Positions 36,534-46,303 of a DNA stretch of 49,561 bases are shown in pieces. The translations under genes and the position numbers were made by a program. The stretch's first letter is position 1, and every line of letters starts with the position of its first letter. The notes beneath the pieces are model-generated. The model worked only from the letters and a program-made list of their open reading frames with translations. It was not told the origin of the DNA and did no database searches. This DNA is from Candidatus Roizmanbacteria bacterium (lineage in GTDB: Bacteria > Patescibacteriota > Microgenomatia > UBA1406 > GWC2-37-13), in the NCBI GenBank assembly GCA_016181725.1, contig JACOYT010000018.1, forward strand, positions 1-49,561, in the 5' to 3' direction.

Positions 36534-37691
36534 CTAATAAGTGACCTTGTTGCCGGTTGGCACGATCTCAATGAATATTGGTCCCCTTACCAAAGATACT
36601 TCGTTTCCAGAAGGATCAAAAAATTTCATCCGAGATTCTTCGTTCTTTTTCTTCCAGCTCACTTTTATTGCCTTCCCGTCTTGAAAGAGAATTCCTTCCC
36701 CCTGTCCAACAATATCATACAAAAGGTGGCCTCCGTAATAGCCGTCATTTGCTGGCGATTCGTCAGCAGAAACCACAACAATGTTTTTTGCTCGAAGCGC
36801 CTTACCGGTATTTTTGTCAAGGTGAGAGACGCCACCGTTTCCTCGTACATAAGAATTTGTCTGTTTGTCATATTTCCACACAACCGAATAGTCCTTGGCG
36901 AATTGCTCCCAAAAGGAGAAGCTGATCTTGCTCGTTGTTCCCCTTCCCTCTGGTTTAGCATCGTCTTTAAATTTCCAGGGGGTAAAACCTCCAGTCCAGG
37001 ATCTTTTCTTCTCATCAACATTGCTCAGCTTTCTTTCCTTCTTTGCATAGCTCCAGAGCTTTGCGGTTGAAGCATACATCGTATGTTCTGTTACTCTGTT
37101 TGGAAGTCTCTCATAATCTCGATAGTAAACCGGGAAAGGCACTGCAAACTGATTAAGATCATTGTATGCATCCCATCCCAGATCGCGTATCTCACCTAAA
37201 GCATCAGCTGGACCGGGAGTGTTTGCCCCCCCTACATGCGCATGGAGCGGATTCCTTCCGTATTCCTGAAGAAGTTTGACAAAATATATTCGTGCGGATC
37301 TAACAGGTCCTATAATCTTTGCATCTTCACAAAAGTATATTGCTAAAAATCGTGTGATCCCCCCTTCTGCTACAGCCTCATAGATGATATCTGCAGAAGG
37401 AAGGCCTGATTGGGGTCTTGCATCCAAATGATTTTCGATCATAACCCCAAGTGGTCTTCTCTTATCCCACCGTTTTTTTTGAGCCTTTGAGTAACGCTGA
37501 CCGTTCATGGGACAAACTTCCGTTTTTGATCCTCCATCGAGTACTTCTTCGGTCTCTTCTGTTACCTTACCCTTGATACGAGAAAGGTAATCCTTATTTT
37601 GTGTGGAAGTAGAAAAGTACCAGTATGCACCGGCTGCCGAGAGAACAAAAAGAACGACCGCCAAAATAATAGTTACTTTTTTTGATATCAT
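36534..37691 (-). CDS. DUF3048-domain secreted or anchored protein (YerB-like)
   Basis: An N-terminal TM anchor, then RRPLGVMIENHLDARPQSGLPSADIIYEAVAEGGITRFLAIY. Confidence 0.8.
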   Translation of the reverse strand: MISKKVTIILAVVLFVLSAAGAYWYFSTSTQNKDYLSRIKGKVTEETEEVLDGGSKTEVCPMNGQRYSKAQKKRWDKRRPLGVMIENHLDARPQSGLPSADIIYEAVAEGGITRFLAIYFCEDAKIIGPVRSARIYFVKLLQEYGRNPLHAHVGGANTPGPADALGEIRDLGWDAYNDLNQFAVPFPVYYRDYERLPNRVTEHTMYASTAKLWSYAKKERKLSNVDEKKRSWTGGFTPWKFKDDAKPEGRGTTSKISFSFWEQFAKDYSVVWKYDKQTNSYVRGNGGVSHLDKNTGKALRAKNIVVVSADESPANDGYYGGHLLYDIVGQGEGILFQDGKAIKVSWKKKNEESRMKFFDPSGNEVSLVRGPIFIEIVPTGNKVTY

Positions 37692-37712
37692 AAGTACTTC
37701 TTCATGGTCTAA

Positions 37713-38165
37713 CTATTTGCTTGCTGCAATAGCCCGCGTCTCTTCTTCTGATAACTGATACTCTTCTCCTTTTCCGTTTTTAGCTCTTTTCGTGTAGATA
37801 TGTACGCCGTCATGCGCATATATGAAGTTTATCACAATTCCATTATCTTCTTTATCAAGCAATGCCAAAACAAAGCTTTGCTCGTTACCTCCAGACCGAC
37901 CAAACGCGCTATATCGAACAAGTCCAAGCTTCTGAAAATAATATTTTGAGTTTTCGATCACCTGATTTAGTTCTTTTTTAATTTTTTCCGATTCGGCTTG
38001 AAGTTTCTTATCATGCTCGACCAGAAGATCCATAATCTCATTAATCTTTTGTTTTCCCGTGTGCGAAACGAGGCTTAAATAATGGCGCCTTGTGTTATAG
38101 AGTAAAAGTGATAAAACTGCAAGCCATACAAAAAAGATAGCCAAAACGCCCACTATATACATCAA
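37713..38165 (-). CDS. DUF4446-family protein
   Basis: An N-terminal TM segment, a coiled segment, then VRYSAFGRSGGNEQSFVLALLDKEDNGIVINFIY..DGVHIYTK. Confidence 0.7.
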   Translation of the reverse strand: MMYIVGVLAIFFVWLAVLSLLLYNTRRHYLSLVSHTGKQKINEIMDLLVEHDKKLQAESEKIKKELNQVIENSKYYFQKLGLVRYSAFGRSGGNEQSFVLALLDKEDNGIVINFIYAHDGVHIYTKRAKNGKGEEYQLSEEETRAIAASK

Positions 38166-38217
38166 ACTACATTGTAAACACTTTACAAAAACCTGTCAAT
38201 ATGTTAAAAGTATCATC

Positions 38218-38475
38218 ATGCCAAAAAAAACCCGCAAACAAAAGATTGTATCGGGCGAAAGAAGAAAACTACTACTGCTCTCTCAAATGGAGACGGTAGA
38301 AATTCCTCGTCCATCAAGACAAGAAGTTCCGTCCAAACATCCTCCCGAAGAAGATCTTAAGCTTAAAAATTACTTTCTCTTGGATCTTAAGAAAAGTGTC
38401 GTATTTATCCTGATCGTGGTTGCGCTTGAAATTGCCGTATATTATGGTACGATTAATAATTATTTTGGTAGGTGA
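38218..38475 (+). CDS. hypothetical small protein with a C-terminal TM segment
   Basis: 85 aa. A TGtTAAAAG box at 38202-38210 lies 7 nt before the ATG. Confidence 0.45.
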   Translation: MPKKTRKQKIVSGERRKLLLLSQMETVEIPRPSRQEVPSKHPPEEDLKLKNYFLLDLKKSVVFILIVVALEIAVYYGTINNYFGR

Positions 38476-38494
38476 AAGGGGGTGATGGTGTTAT

Positions 38495-38638
38495 ATGCCT
38501 TCAATGTATTGTGTCAAGTGTCGGGCAAAACGTGATGTCACCGACGCACAGAAAGTAACCATGAAAAACGGCAAGCCTGCAATGAAAGGAAAATGTCCGG
38601 TTTGCGGAACCTCGGTATTTAGAATCGGCGCAGCGTAA
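38495..38638 (+). CDS. small zinc-ribbon protein (DUF5679-like), below the ORF-track cutoff
   Basis: 47 aa: MPSMYCVKCRAKRDVTDAQKVTMKNGKPAMKGKCPVCGTSVFRIGAA. It has CxxC...CxxC, and a purine-rich SD lies upstream. Confidence 0.7.
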   Translation: MPSMYCVKCRAKRDVTDAQKVTMKNGKPAMKGKCPVCGTSVFRIGAA

Positions 38639-38644
38639 TACTTC

Positions 38645-39175
38645 TTACCGCAGGCGAAACTGTTTTATGACCTTGTATACGGGTCTCTTCTCCTCAATGA
38701 CGCTGTCAAACAGCGTTAATTCTTTTACGCTGAAATCGATATCAATATCAAGATTCCTCGCCTTTTTTTTGATCAAAAGATACTGCTGCTTGGAGGGAAT
38801 TTTATATCGAGCAAACGTCAGGTGCGGGACGAATCGCCGCCCGTCTCCCTTCCCAATCTTGTCTCGGATTTTTCTAACCAATACTTCAAGCTGCTTGCTT
38901 CTTTGAAATGAAAGGTGTAAAACGATCTGTCTTCTTAAGAAAATCTCAGCCCCTTGAGAGTATAAATGAAAGGGGGTTGCATCGTAGGATGCCTCTTTAA
39001 TCTTTTCTGTGAGCTCTTTTGGGTTTTCAACCGTCCCAAAAAACTGAACGGTTATATGATACAGTTTTTCACGCACCCAGCGAAAGTAAGGATACTCTTT
39101 CTTAAGACCCTCCAATTGTCCGGCAAGCTTGCTTTTTACCGGAGAAGGCAGATCAATTGCTAGGAAAAGGCGCAT
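38645..39175 (-). CDS. thpR: RNA 2',3'-cyclic phosphodiesterase (2H phosphoesterase, ThpR/LigT)
   Basis: I prefer the start at ATG 39175 (MRLFLAIDLP). It has two HxT/S motifs, YHITVQF and PHLTFAR. Confidence 0.8.
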   Translation of the reverse strand: MRLFLAIDLPSPVKSKLAGQLEGLKKEYPYFRWVREKLYHITVQFFGTVENPKELTEKIKEASYDATPFHLYSQGAEIFLRRQIVLHLSFQRSKQLEVLVRKIRDKIGKGDGRRFVPHLTFARYKIPSKQQYLLIKKKARNLDIDIDFSVKELTLFDSVIEEKRPVYKVIKQFRLR

Positions 39176-39644
39176 AATCGCTAAACTTTGTACTTGAAAA
39201 TCCAGTAATTTGGGGGAATGATAAAACTTTTGCTTTGACGAGTTTTGCCTGCTTTTTTTTGTTTTCAAGTTGTGGATCTCCTTTTGTCACAACAATAAAA
39301 GAAGGGGAAACCGTTTTTGTAAATTCATAGTAATGGGAGTCTTTGGAAAAGTATGGCAAAAGAATAACAAAATCGACGATGGAAAGTGCGGCAAGAACTT
39401 GAGCTCTCTTATCTTGCGTATGAATTGGGTCTCTTTTTTTTCGAATTGTTAAGGACTTATCAGATTCCAAAGCAATAATCAAAATTTCTCCTTTCTCTTT
39501 TGCAAATTTTAGAAATTCAAGATGACCGAAGTGAAAGATATCAAAATCTCCACCCACAAGAACTATCTTTTTATTGGCAATTTTCTTTTTAATCTTGACG
39601 AATGTCTCTTTTGAAACAACTTTGGTATCCCATTTTTTTGGCAT
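39153..39644 (-). CDS. cytidylyltransferase-like nucleotidyltransferase family protein
   Basis: I prefer the start at ATG 39644, with tataat exactly 6 nt upstream on the minus strand. It has GGDFDIFHFGHLEFL (the HxGH-type motif). Confidence 0.7.
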   Translation of the reverse strand: MPKKWDTKVVSKETFVKIKKKIANKKIVLVGGDFDIFHFGHLEFLKFAKEKGEILIIALESDKSLTIRKKRDPIHTQDKRAQVLAALSIVDFVILLPYFSKDSHYYEFTKTVSPSFIVVTKGDPQLENKKKQAKLVKAKVLSFPQITGFSSTKFSDYAPFPSN

Positions 39645-39669
39645 CCAAACATTATACAATATTCGTACC

Positions 39670-41940
39670 ATGCGATATGTTTCCGAACCTTCAGCGACAA
39701 AACTTGAGGTTCTCATCGTTGATAGCAAGCCAACGCATCTAGGAAAACTCCTTAAGACGCACCTTAAGAAATTCGATACCACGATCTATTTCTCTCCCCA
39801 CATGCCCAAAGACACAAGAAGATTCGATTATATTTTTTTCATTAACCAAGAAAGCGTCCAAATCATTAAAAGAAAACAAGAAGCACAGAAATTCATTCTG
39901 ATCTTCATAGATAGAAAAGCTTTTTCGCAAAAAGTCGCACATCTTGTGTCCCAAGAAAAACTTCGGAATGTAAAAGTAGTCTATCTGGCTTCTTGGGAAG
40001 TGGGGCCGGATGATCTTGAAAAGATTCTTTGGTTTGCCTTTTCACAGAGCAAAGAGAGTTTTTTGAAAATCGAAAGTCTCGTAACAACAAGATCAATGAT
40101 AAAAAGAAAAACTCGCCCATTTCAATTTAAGAAAATGCTCACAAGACGCAACGCTTTTTTTGCCGTACTCATTTTTGTTATCGTTTATCACCTTTTAATG
40201 TTCCCGTTTTTTGGACTCTCGGCCTATTTTTTTTACAAATCCGCTGTGGCTTTCAAAGACAACAAACTTGAAAAAACCAGACAGCTTCTTGGTTGGGGAA
40301 ATTATTTTCTTGCGCTTGGAAAAAATCTGTATGCTCCGGCAAGACCTGCCTATCTTCTTTTCTCCGTCGCACTTTTTCCTGACAGTCTTCTTGATATCGA
40401 AACCAGATCCGCGACTATTCTTCAAAAATCAACACAGATAACGGAAAATGGAAATCTCATTCTTCAACTCCTCCTTAAAAAAGATAAAGACGAAACCGAG
40501 AAAAAAAATCTTGAGGGGCGGATCCAAAAACTTCGCGAAGATGTAACAGGTCTTAAGGATGACCTCATCTTCCTTGAGGAGAAGTTGCCCCAATCACAGA
40601 TTTCTTCCCTTTTACAGCTTAAGAAGGATGTCGGGGATATGCTTGAGCTTATTGATAAGGGAGAAAAAATTCTTCCCCATCTTGATGTCATCTTTGGGAA
40701 AGACGGCGAGAAAAAGTACCTCTTGCTCTTTGCAAACAATATGGAGCTTCGGCCAGGAGGCGGGTTTATTGGCTCCTTTGGTATCTTGACCGCCAACGAT
40801 CTAACGATAGAAGATATTAAGGTATACGATGTGTATGATGCGGATGGTCAGCTAACCACCCACTACGCCCCACCTGATCCGATTCGAAGGTATCTCAATC
40901 AACCGAATTGGTTTTTACGCGATTCCGCTTTTTCTTCAGACTTCTATGAAAACTACAATCAGGCGAAATTCTTTTTGGAAAAAGAAATCAATCTCACTGG
41001 GTTCTCAGGTGGAATGCTTATCACAACCTCTGCTATTCAAAACCTCCTTGAACCGTTTGACACGCTGTACCTTTCTGATTTTGGAGAAAATATAACCCGC
41101 GACAATTTCTATCTTAAGGCGCAGTATTATTCGGAAAAAAATTTCTTTCCGGGATCTATTCAGAAAAAAAGCTTCCTCGGCTCCCTCACCAATCAGATTC
41201 TTGTGAATCTTGAGACAATTCCCCCAAAAGATTTCCTAAAAATGATCAAGAAATCCTTTGACGAAAAACAGCTCCTTGCCATATTTGAAGATGCCAATAT
41301 ACAGGAGGTTTTTGATCTATTGCACTGGTCTGGAAAAACCATTGTACCGCGCTGCGCACTCAAAAGTGAAAACTGTGTGATCGATTACACATTCCCCTAC
41401 GATGCGAACCTTGGAGTAAACAAAGCAAACTTCTTTGTAAGCCGTCTCGTCACAGAAAAAATCGATATCGAAAAAGACGGTACTATCTCAAACACGCTTA
41501 CCATAAAGATTAAAAACGACTCCCCTGCTGATACCTTTCCTGGTGGATCATATAAGAATTACTTTCAGGTTCTTATCCCACAACAAGCCGGAGTAAAAAG
41601 CGTAACAAAAGATGATACGATCGTTGAAAATTTCGATTTGTATGAAGGAGATTTCAAGGGAATCGGATTCTTCTTGGAGATCCCTCCCAAGCAGTCTTCG
41701 GAAATAAGAGTTCAGTATCAGCTTGACAAGCCACTCAATATCGGAAAAGGAGTCTATCAACTTATCTTTCAAAAACAAACCGGATCGAAAAATTCTGATT
41801 TTATTTTAGAGATGACACTTCCACAAAACATCTCGGTCCTCAATCAAAACTTTTCCCCCCTTGTAAAAGATAATCGAATTTTCTATAATACCAATTTATC
41901 CGCTGATAAGATTTTTTTCATTGAACTTTTGAGAGAATAA
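39670..41940 (+). CDS. DUF4012-domain membrane protein
   Basis: I prefer ATG 39670. TM segments occur near residue 200, and it has LLLFANNMELRPGGGFIGSFGIL, the DUF4012 signature as I recall it. Confidence 0.75.
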   Translation: MRYVSEPSATKLEVLIVDSKPTHLGKLLKTHLKKFDTTIYFSPHMPKDTRRFDYIFFINQESVQIIKRKQEAQKFILIFIDRKAFSQKVAHLVSQEKLRNVKVVYLASWEVGPDDLEKILWFAFSQSKESFLKIESLVTTRSMIKRKTRPFQFKKMLTRRNAFFAVLIFVIVYHLLMFPFFGLSAYFFYKSAVAFKDNKLEKTRQLLGWGNYFLALGKNLYAPARPAYLLFSVALFPDSLLDIETRSATILQKSTQITENGNLILQLLLKKDKDETEKKNLEGRIQKLREDVTGLKDDLIFLEEKLPQSQISSLLQLKKDVGDMLELIDKGEKILPHLDVIFGKDGEKKYLLLFANNMELRPGGGFIGSFGILTANDLTIEDIKVYDVYDADGQLTTHYAPPDPIRRYLNQPNWFLRDSAFSSDFYENYNQAKFFLEKEINLTGFSGGMLITTSAIQNLLEPFDTLYLSDFGENITRDNFYLKAQYYSEKNFFPGSIQKKSFLGSLTNQILVNLETIPPKDFLKMIKKSFDEKQLLAIFEDANIQEVFDLLHWSGKTIVPRCALKSENCVIDYTFPYDANLGVNKANFFVSRLVTEKIDIEKDGTISNTLTIKIKNDSPADTFPGGSYKNYFQVLIPQQAGVKSVTKDDTIVENFDLYEGDFKGIGFFLEIPPKQSSEIRVQYQLDKPLNIGKGVYQLIFQKQTGSKNSDFILEMTLPQNISVLNQNFSPLVKDNRIFYNTNLSADKIFFIELLRE

Positions 41941-41943
41941 ACC

Positions 41944-42705
41944 ATGGTAAGCACAAAGGCAAGCACAAAAAAAGCTTCACAGAGCAAATTTCAACTCGAG
42001 GTTGCACCGCGAACAATACTTGGTAAAAAAGTGCGAAAACTTCGATATGAAGGCAAGGTTCCTGCAAATATTTACGGACCGGAATTTAAGTCTCAAGCGG
42101 TTACGATTGATCACATTGCTTTCAATCGGGTTTATCGAGCTGCCGAGGAGACCGGCGTTGTGTATCTTCGCCTAAACTCAAAAGACCTTCCTGTTCTTAT
42201 AAAGAGCGTGCAGCGTCATCCGGTAACCAATAAGGTGCTTCATGTTGATTTTAGGAAAATCGATCTGACCCAGAAAATCGAGACAGAGGTCCCCATTAAA
42301 TTGGTTGGCGAGTCTCCTGCGGTAGTTCAGAAAGGCGGGGTGCTAAACACCCAAGTTGACGGCTTGCTTGTTGAGGCGTTGCCTTCGGATATTCCCCATG
42401 AGATAGAGATTGACATCTCGAAGCTTCAGGAAATTGGCTCCGAAATTAAGGTTGCGGATCTTCCAAAATCTGACAAATTTGTTGTAAAAGACGAACCAGA
42501 AAAACTTATCGTCTCTATTATCGAGCACAAAGAGGAAAGTCTTGCTCCAGAGACCGCGGTTGCCGAACCTGAAGTAATAACCGAGAAAGAGGCGGAAGAG
42601 GCAGAAGCGGAGGCAGCCGAAGCGGAAGCTCCTGCCGAAGAAGCGCCAAAAGAAGAGAAACCTCAACAAGAAGCGGCTAAAGCCGAAAAACCCAAAAAAG
42701 AGTAA
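41944..42705 (+). CDS. rplY: ribosomal protein bL25 (Ctc form) with an E/A/K-rich tail
   Basis: RTILGKKVRKLRYEGKVPANIYG, then VQRHPVTNKVLHVDF. The C-terminal ~55 aa are low complexity. Confidence 0.88.
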   Translation: MVSTKASTKKASQSKFQLEVAPRTILGKKVRKLRYEGKVPANIYGPEFKSQAVTIDHIAFNRVYRAAEETGVVYLRLNSKDLPVLIKSVQRHPVTNKVLHVDFRKIDLTQKIETEVPIKLVGESPAVVQKGGVLNTQVDGLLVEALPSDIPHEIEIDISKLQEIGSEIKVADLPKSDKFVVKDEPEKLIVSIIEHKEESLAPETAVAEPEVITEKEAEEAEAEAAEAEAPAEEAPKEEKPQQEAAKAEKPKKE

Positions 42706-42812
42706 TAAAAACACTACCGGCCTCCTCCGTCCTTCCCTATGTAGTGTCGGGTTTGTTTTCCCTGCGCGCCGTATGTTGCATCCCAAATGCTATTTCTTAT
42801 TAGCTCTTTTTG

Positions 42813-42821
42813 TGCTAAAAT
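42813..42821 (+). promoter_or_regulatory. extended -10 box (TGcTAAAAT) upstream of nusA
   Basis: The hexamer is at 42816-42821, 9 nt before ATG 42831. There is no SD, so the 5' UTR is very short or absent. Confidence 0.4.
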
Positions 42822-42830
42822 TTATACCTT

Positions 42831-43949
42831 ATGAGTATTGTAAAGAGTGAGTTTGCACTAGCTTTGAATCAGGTTGCAACCGAGCGGGGAATTTCCCCCG
42901 ATGATGTTATCTCCTCAATCGAAGCAGCCATCCTTGCGGCTTACCGAAAAGAGATTCCAGAGGATCAAGAAGACACCCTCACCATCAAAGTAAACAAAGA
43001 AACAGGTGAAGCCAAAGTTCTTAAGGATGGAAAAGATATCACGCCTGCCGGATTTGGCAGAATCGCAGCCCAAACCGCAAAACAAGTAATCCTTCAGAAA
43101 ATACGAGAGGTTGAAAAAAAGACACTCATAACCCACTATAAATCCCAAATCGGCACCGTCACACAAGGAAGAGTGATACGCTACGATGGTCATAATGCCT
43201 TTGTCGATATCGGAAAAGTCGAAGCAATCCTGCCAAAATCAGAGCAGATCAAAAACGAAAAATACTCGGTAAACACAACCCTGATCTTTTACATAAAAGA
43301 GATTGCAGAAGATAAATTCGGCAACTCCAATATCATTATCTCCCGGACCGCTCCGCAGCTTATTGCGGAGCTGTTTAAAAAAGAGGTTCCTGAAATCGGA
43401 AACGGAACCGTTGAGATAAAAAAAGTCGTCCGGGAGCCAGGGGAGCGCGCAAAGATTGCCGTATTTAGCAGCCAGGGAGGCGTTGATCCGGTGGGCGCGT
43501 GTGTCGGGCAGAAAGGAGTGCGGGTTCAAACCGTAACCAATGAGCTTGGCGGAGAAGAAAAAATAGATATTATTCAGTGGAATAAGGATGACAAGCTGTT
43601 TTTGATTGCTGCCCTCTCTCCTGCAAAAATTAACGAGGTTGAGACTGTTGAGAAAAAAGCGAAGGTGACTGTTGAGGAAACACAAGCTCCTCTTGCGATC
43701 GGGAAAAACGGGGTAAACGTAAACCTTGCTTCAGCGTTAACCGGCTACGAGATCGACATTGTCCAGATCCCTCAAGAAAAGAAACCCGAATCCCCTAAAG
43801 CACAACAGACAAAACAGATCCCAGCCGAAGCCGCCAGTACACAAAAGGAAGATTCAAAATCACAAAAACAACAACCCTCTCCCAAACCCCAAGCTCAAGA
43901 CCAGAAACAGCCCGCCGAACCGCAGCCCGCCGACCAACCAACCACTTAA
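42831..43949 (+). CDS. nusA: transcription termination/antitermination factor NusA with a Q/P-rich tail
   Basis: The N-terminal domain, S1 (GTVTQGRVIRYDGHNAFVDIG) and two KH domains (GACVGQKGVRVQ, IGKNGVNVNLA) are present. Confidence 0.92.
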   Translation: MSIVKSEFALALNQVATERGISPDDVISSIEAAILAAYRKEIPEDQEDTLTIKVNKETGEAKVLKDGKDITPAGFGRIAAQTAKQVILQKIREVEKKTLITHYKSQIGTVTQGRVIRYDGHNAFVDIGKVEAILPKSEQIKNEKYSVNTTLIFYIKEIAEDKFGNSNIIISRTAPQLIAELFKKEVPEIGNGTVEIKKVVREPGERAKIAVFSSQGGVDPVGACVGQKGVRVQTVTNELGGEEKIDIIQWNKDDKLFLIAALSPAKINEVETVEKKAKVTVEETQAPLAIGKNGVNVNLASALTGYEIDIVQIPQEKKPESPKAQQTKQIPAEAASTQKEDSKSQKQQPSPKPQAQDQKQPAEPQPADQPTT

Positions 43950-43999
43950 TTTTGAACTTTGCATTGTAATTTTGCACTTTGCACTTTTAACTTTGTAGT

Positions 44000-45454
44000 A
44001 TGTCACAGCCCTTGTTCAGGCCACCAGTTGTTGCAATCTTAGGACATGTCGATCACGGAAAGACAACCCTTTTAGACTACATAAGAAAAACAAAACTCAC
44101 CTCAAAAGAACACGGAGGGATAACCCAGCGTATTGGCGCATACGAGGTCGAAACAGGCATAAAAGGCTACCATACCGGAAAAATCACCTTTATCGATACG
44201 CCTGGCCATGAGGCGTTTACCAAATTAAGACTTCGGGGAGCAGAGGTTGCTGACATTGCACTTCTTTTGATTGATGCAAAAGACTCGGTCATGCCTCAAA
44301 CGGTCGAATCAATCGCACATATCAATGCCGCAAAGACTCCCTGTATCGTAGTCATAAACAAGATCGATCTGCCTGAGGCAAAGCCTGAAAAGGTTAAGGC
44401 TGATCTTATGAAGCACGATGTTGTGGTTGAGGAAAAAGGAGGAAAAACACCAAGCGTTGCAATATCTGCAAAAACAGGAAAGGGTGTGCCCGAGCTTTTA
44501 GAATCGATCCTGCTTCTTGCATCAGAGCTCAACCTAAGCTATAGCCCAAAAAGCACCCCAAAGGCGTATATCATAGAAACAAAAAAGGACAAGCGGGGCA
44601 TTGCGGCAACCGTAGTCATTAAGGACGGAACGCTGAACGTGGGTGACGCTATCTTTGCTGAAGGCAAAAAGGCAAAGATTCGCGCAATGATCAATGACCT
44701 TGGCAAACCGATATCTTCAGCTGTCCCCTCGCTCCCCTTTGAATTCTTGGGATTTGATGAGCTCCCGGAGGTAGGCGCTCTTATCTCAAGCACCCCTGGG
44801 GAGGAAACAGAAAAAAAACCGCCCTCCCAAAGAAAAACTCCCTTTGATATGCAGGCATTTCTCAAGGGTGAAGAAGAAAAGAAACTCTCCCTTATTGTTA
44901 AAGCAGAGTCGCAAGGATCGTTGGAAGCTGTTACCAGCTCTCTAACGAAACAGGAAAACGTTGAGATCGTATCTTCCGGCGTAGGAGACATCAACACGTC
45001 TGACGTATTTCTTGCAAAAACCGCAAGGGCTATCATCATCGGGTTTAATACCATTCCAACAACTGAAGCAAAAGACATAGCAAAGCAGGAAAAAGTTGTA
45101 ATTAAAACCTATAATATAATTTACGAGCTTCTTAAGGAGCTTGTGGAGGTATCCCAGCTTCTTAAAGAACGGGAAGAGAAGGAAAAAAATGTAAAAGGCG
45201 AAGCAAAAATCCTTGCTACTTTTGTAATTCACGATCAAAAAATCTATGGAATTCGTGTCACAAAAGGCAAAATTAATCTTAATGACAATATGGATGTCTA
45301 CCGGGACAGCTCGCTTGTTGGCAAGACAAAGCTTATGTCCCTTCAAACAAAAGCAAAAAAAATAGATGAAGTCAAAAAGGACCAGGAAGCAGGAATGGTC
45401 TTTGCTCCTTTGCTTGACATTCGGGTAGGCGATATGATAAAATCTGTCTTATAG
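44000..45454 (+). CDS. infB: translation initiation factor IF-2, minimal form starting at the G domain
   Basis: RPPVVAILGHVDHGKTTLLD begins at residue 7. It also has DTPGHEAF and NKID. Length 484 aa. Confidence 0.9.
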   Translation: MSQPLFRPPVVAILGHVDHGKTTLLDYIRKTKLTSKEHGGITQRIGAYEVETGIKGYHTGKITFIDTPGHEAFTKLRLRGAEVADIALLLIDAKDSVMPQTVESIAHINAAKTPCIVVINKIDLPEAKPEKVKADLMKHDVVVEEKGGKTPSVAISAKTGKGVPELLESILLLASELNLSYSPKSTPKAYIIETKKDKRGIAATVVIKDGTLNVGDAIFAEGKKAKIRAMINDLGKPISSAVPSLPFEFLGFDELPEVGALISSTPGEETEKKPPSQRKTPFDMQAFLKGEEEKKLSLIVKAESQGSLEAVTSSLTKQENVEIVSSGVGDINTSDVFLAKTARAIIIGFNTIPTTEAKDIAKQEKVVIKTYNIIYELLKELVEVSQLLKEREEKEKNVKGEAKILATFVIHDQKIYGIRVTKGKINLNDNMDVYRDSSLVGKTKLMSLQTKAKKIDEVKKDQEAGMVFAPLLDIRVGDMIKSVL

Positions 45455-45458
45455 TATT

Positions 45459-46301
45459 ATGCAAACGGCAAGAACCGTGCTTCAAAAAACCGTCGAGCTT
45501 TTTCAAGGCGCAACATCTGGGGTGATCTGCCTGCCAGAAAATCCCAAAGTCGATACCATTGCCGCCGCAACCAGCCTCTACTTGGGACTTACCAAGCTTG
45601 GTAAAAACGTCTCGCTTGCTTCCTCAAAACCTCTAAAATCTGAGCTTATTGCAGCAGACAAAATCCAAGAGATTATCTCAACATCCGGTGACAATCTTGT
45701 GATCTCATTCCCCTACACAGATGGCTCGGCTGATCGAGTTGATTATTATATACAAGGAGACGCCTTTAATGTCGTCGTCACCCCTGGAAAAGACTTCCCG
45801 AAGCTTAAACCAGAACAGGTAAGCTTCGGCTATTCGGGGGGAAACGTTGATTTCATAGTAACCATAGACTGTGCGAGCCTTAAAAACCTTGGTTCACTCT
45901 ATGCCGACAACCAAGAATTATTCACCGGAAAAAAAATCATAAACATTGCAAGACACTTGGCAAATACCTTCTTTGGTACGGTGAACTTCGTAACACGAGG
46001 CGTATCCTCAACCTCCGAAGTGGTACTAACCATTCTTCGATCATTGAATGCTGAAGTCGATCCCGATATGGCAAGCAATCTCTATCAAGGGTTGGTTTCT
46101 GCAACAGGCAATTTCACAACTCCCACGATTACCCCAGAGACCTTTGAGACCGCAGCGTATCTTCTCAAACAGGGAGCGGTAAAAGCAACGGAGGAAAAAC
46201 CGCAGGTAAGAAGGACCATCAAGCCTCCGAAAGACACAGAAAAAGATGAGGAGTGGCTGAAACCCAAAATCTTTCGTCCAGGTCCCGGTGAAACCTCATA
46301 A
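45459..46301 (+). CDS. DHH-family (NrnA-like) protein with degenerate catalytic motifs
   Basis: The overall fold signature is retained (TIAAATSLYLGLTKLGKNV; GLVSATGNF aligns to GIVGDTGRF), but DHH is replaced by ARH in INIARHLAN. There is no DHHA1 GGGH motif. Confidence 0.55.
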   Translation: MQTARTVLQKTVELFQGATSGVICLPENPKVDTIAAATSLYLGLTKLGKNVSLASSKPLKSELIAADKIQEIISTSGDNLVISFPYTDGSADRVDYYIQGDAFNVVVTPGKDFPKLKPEQVSFGYSGGNVDFIVTIDCASLKNLGSLYADNQELFTGKKIINIARHLANTFFGTVNFVTRGVSSTSEVVLTILRSLNAEVDPDMASNLYQGLVSATGNFTTPTITPETFETAAYLLKQGAVKATEEKPQVRRTIKPPKDTEKDEEWLKPKIFRPGPGETS

Positions 46302-46303
46302 GA

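Noticed and set aside
36510-37070. Long antisense ORFs opposite well-supported genes: 36510-37070 (186 aa), 44539-45078 (179 aa), 43239-43685, 42343-42786, 31621-32052, 27362-27775 and 11352-11750.
   Set aside because: Each lies entirely within a gene that has a clear family signature on the other strand. Their translations are low-complexity or Ser/Leu/Phe/Arg-rich shadow sequences, and none has start-site support.
42706-42830. The 125 nt bL25-nusA spacer as a possible ncRNA or missing rimP. It has a stem acactac/gtagtgt followed by gggtttgtttt.
   Set aside because: The stem is only 7 bp and encloses an unstructured 24 nt loop. No ORF of rimP size is present. It is most simply a weak terminator followed by the nusA -10 box.
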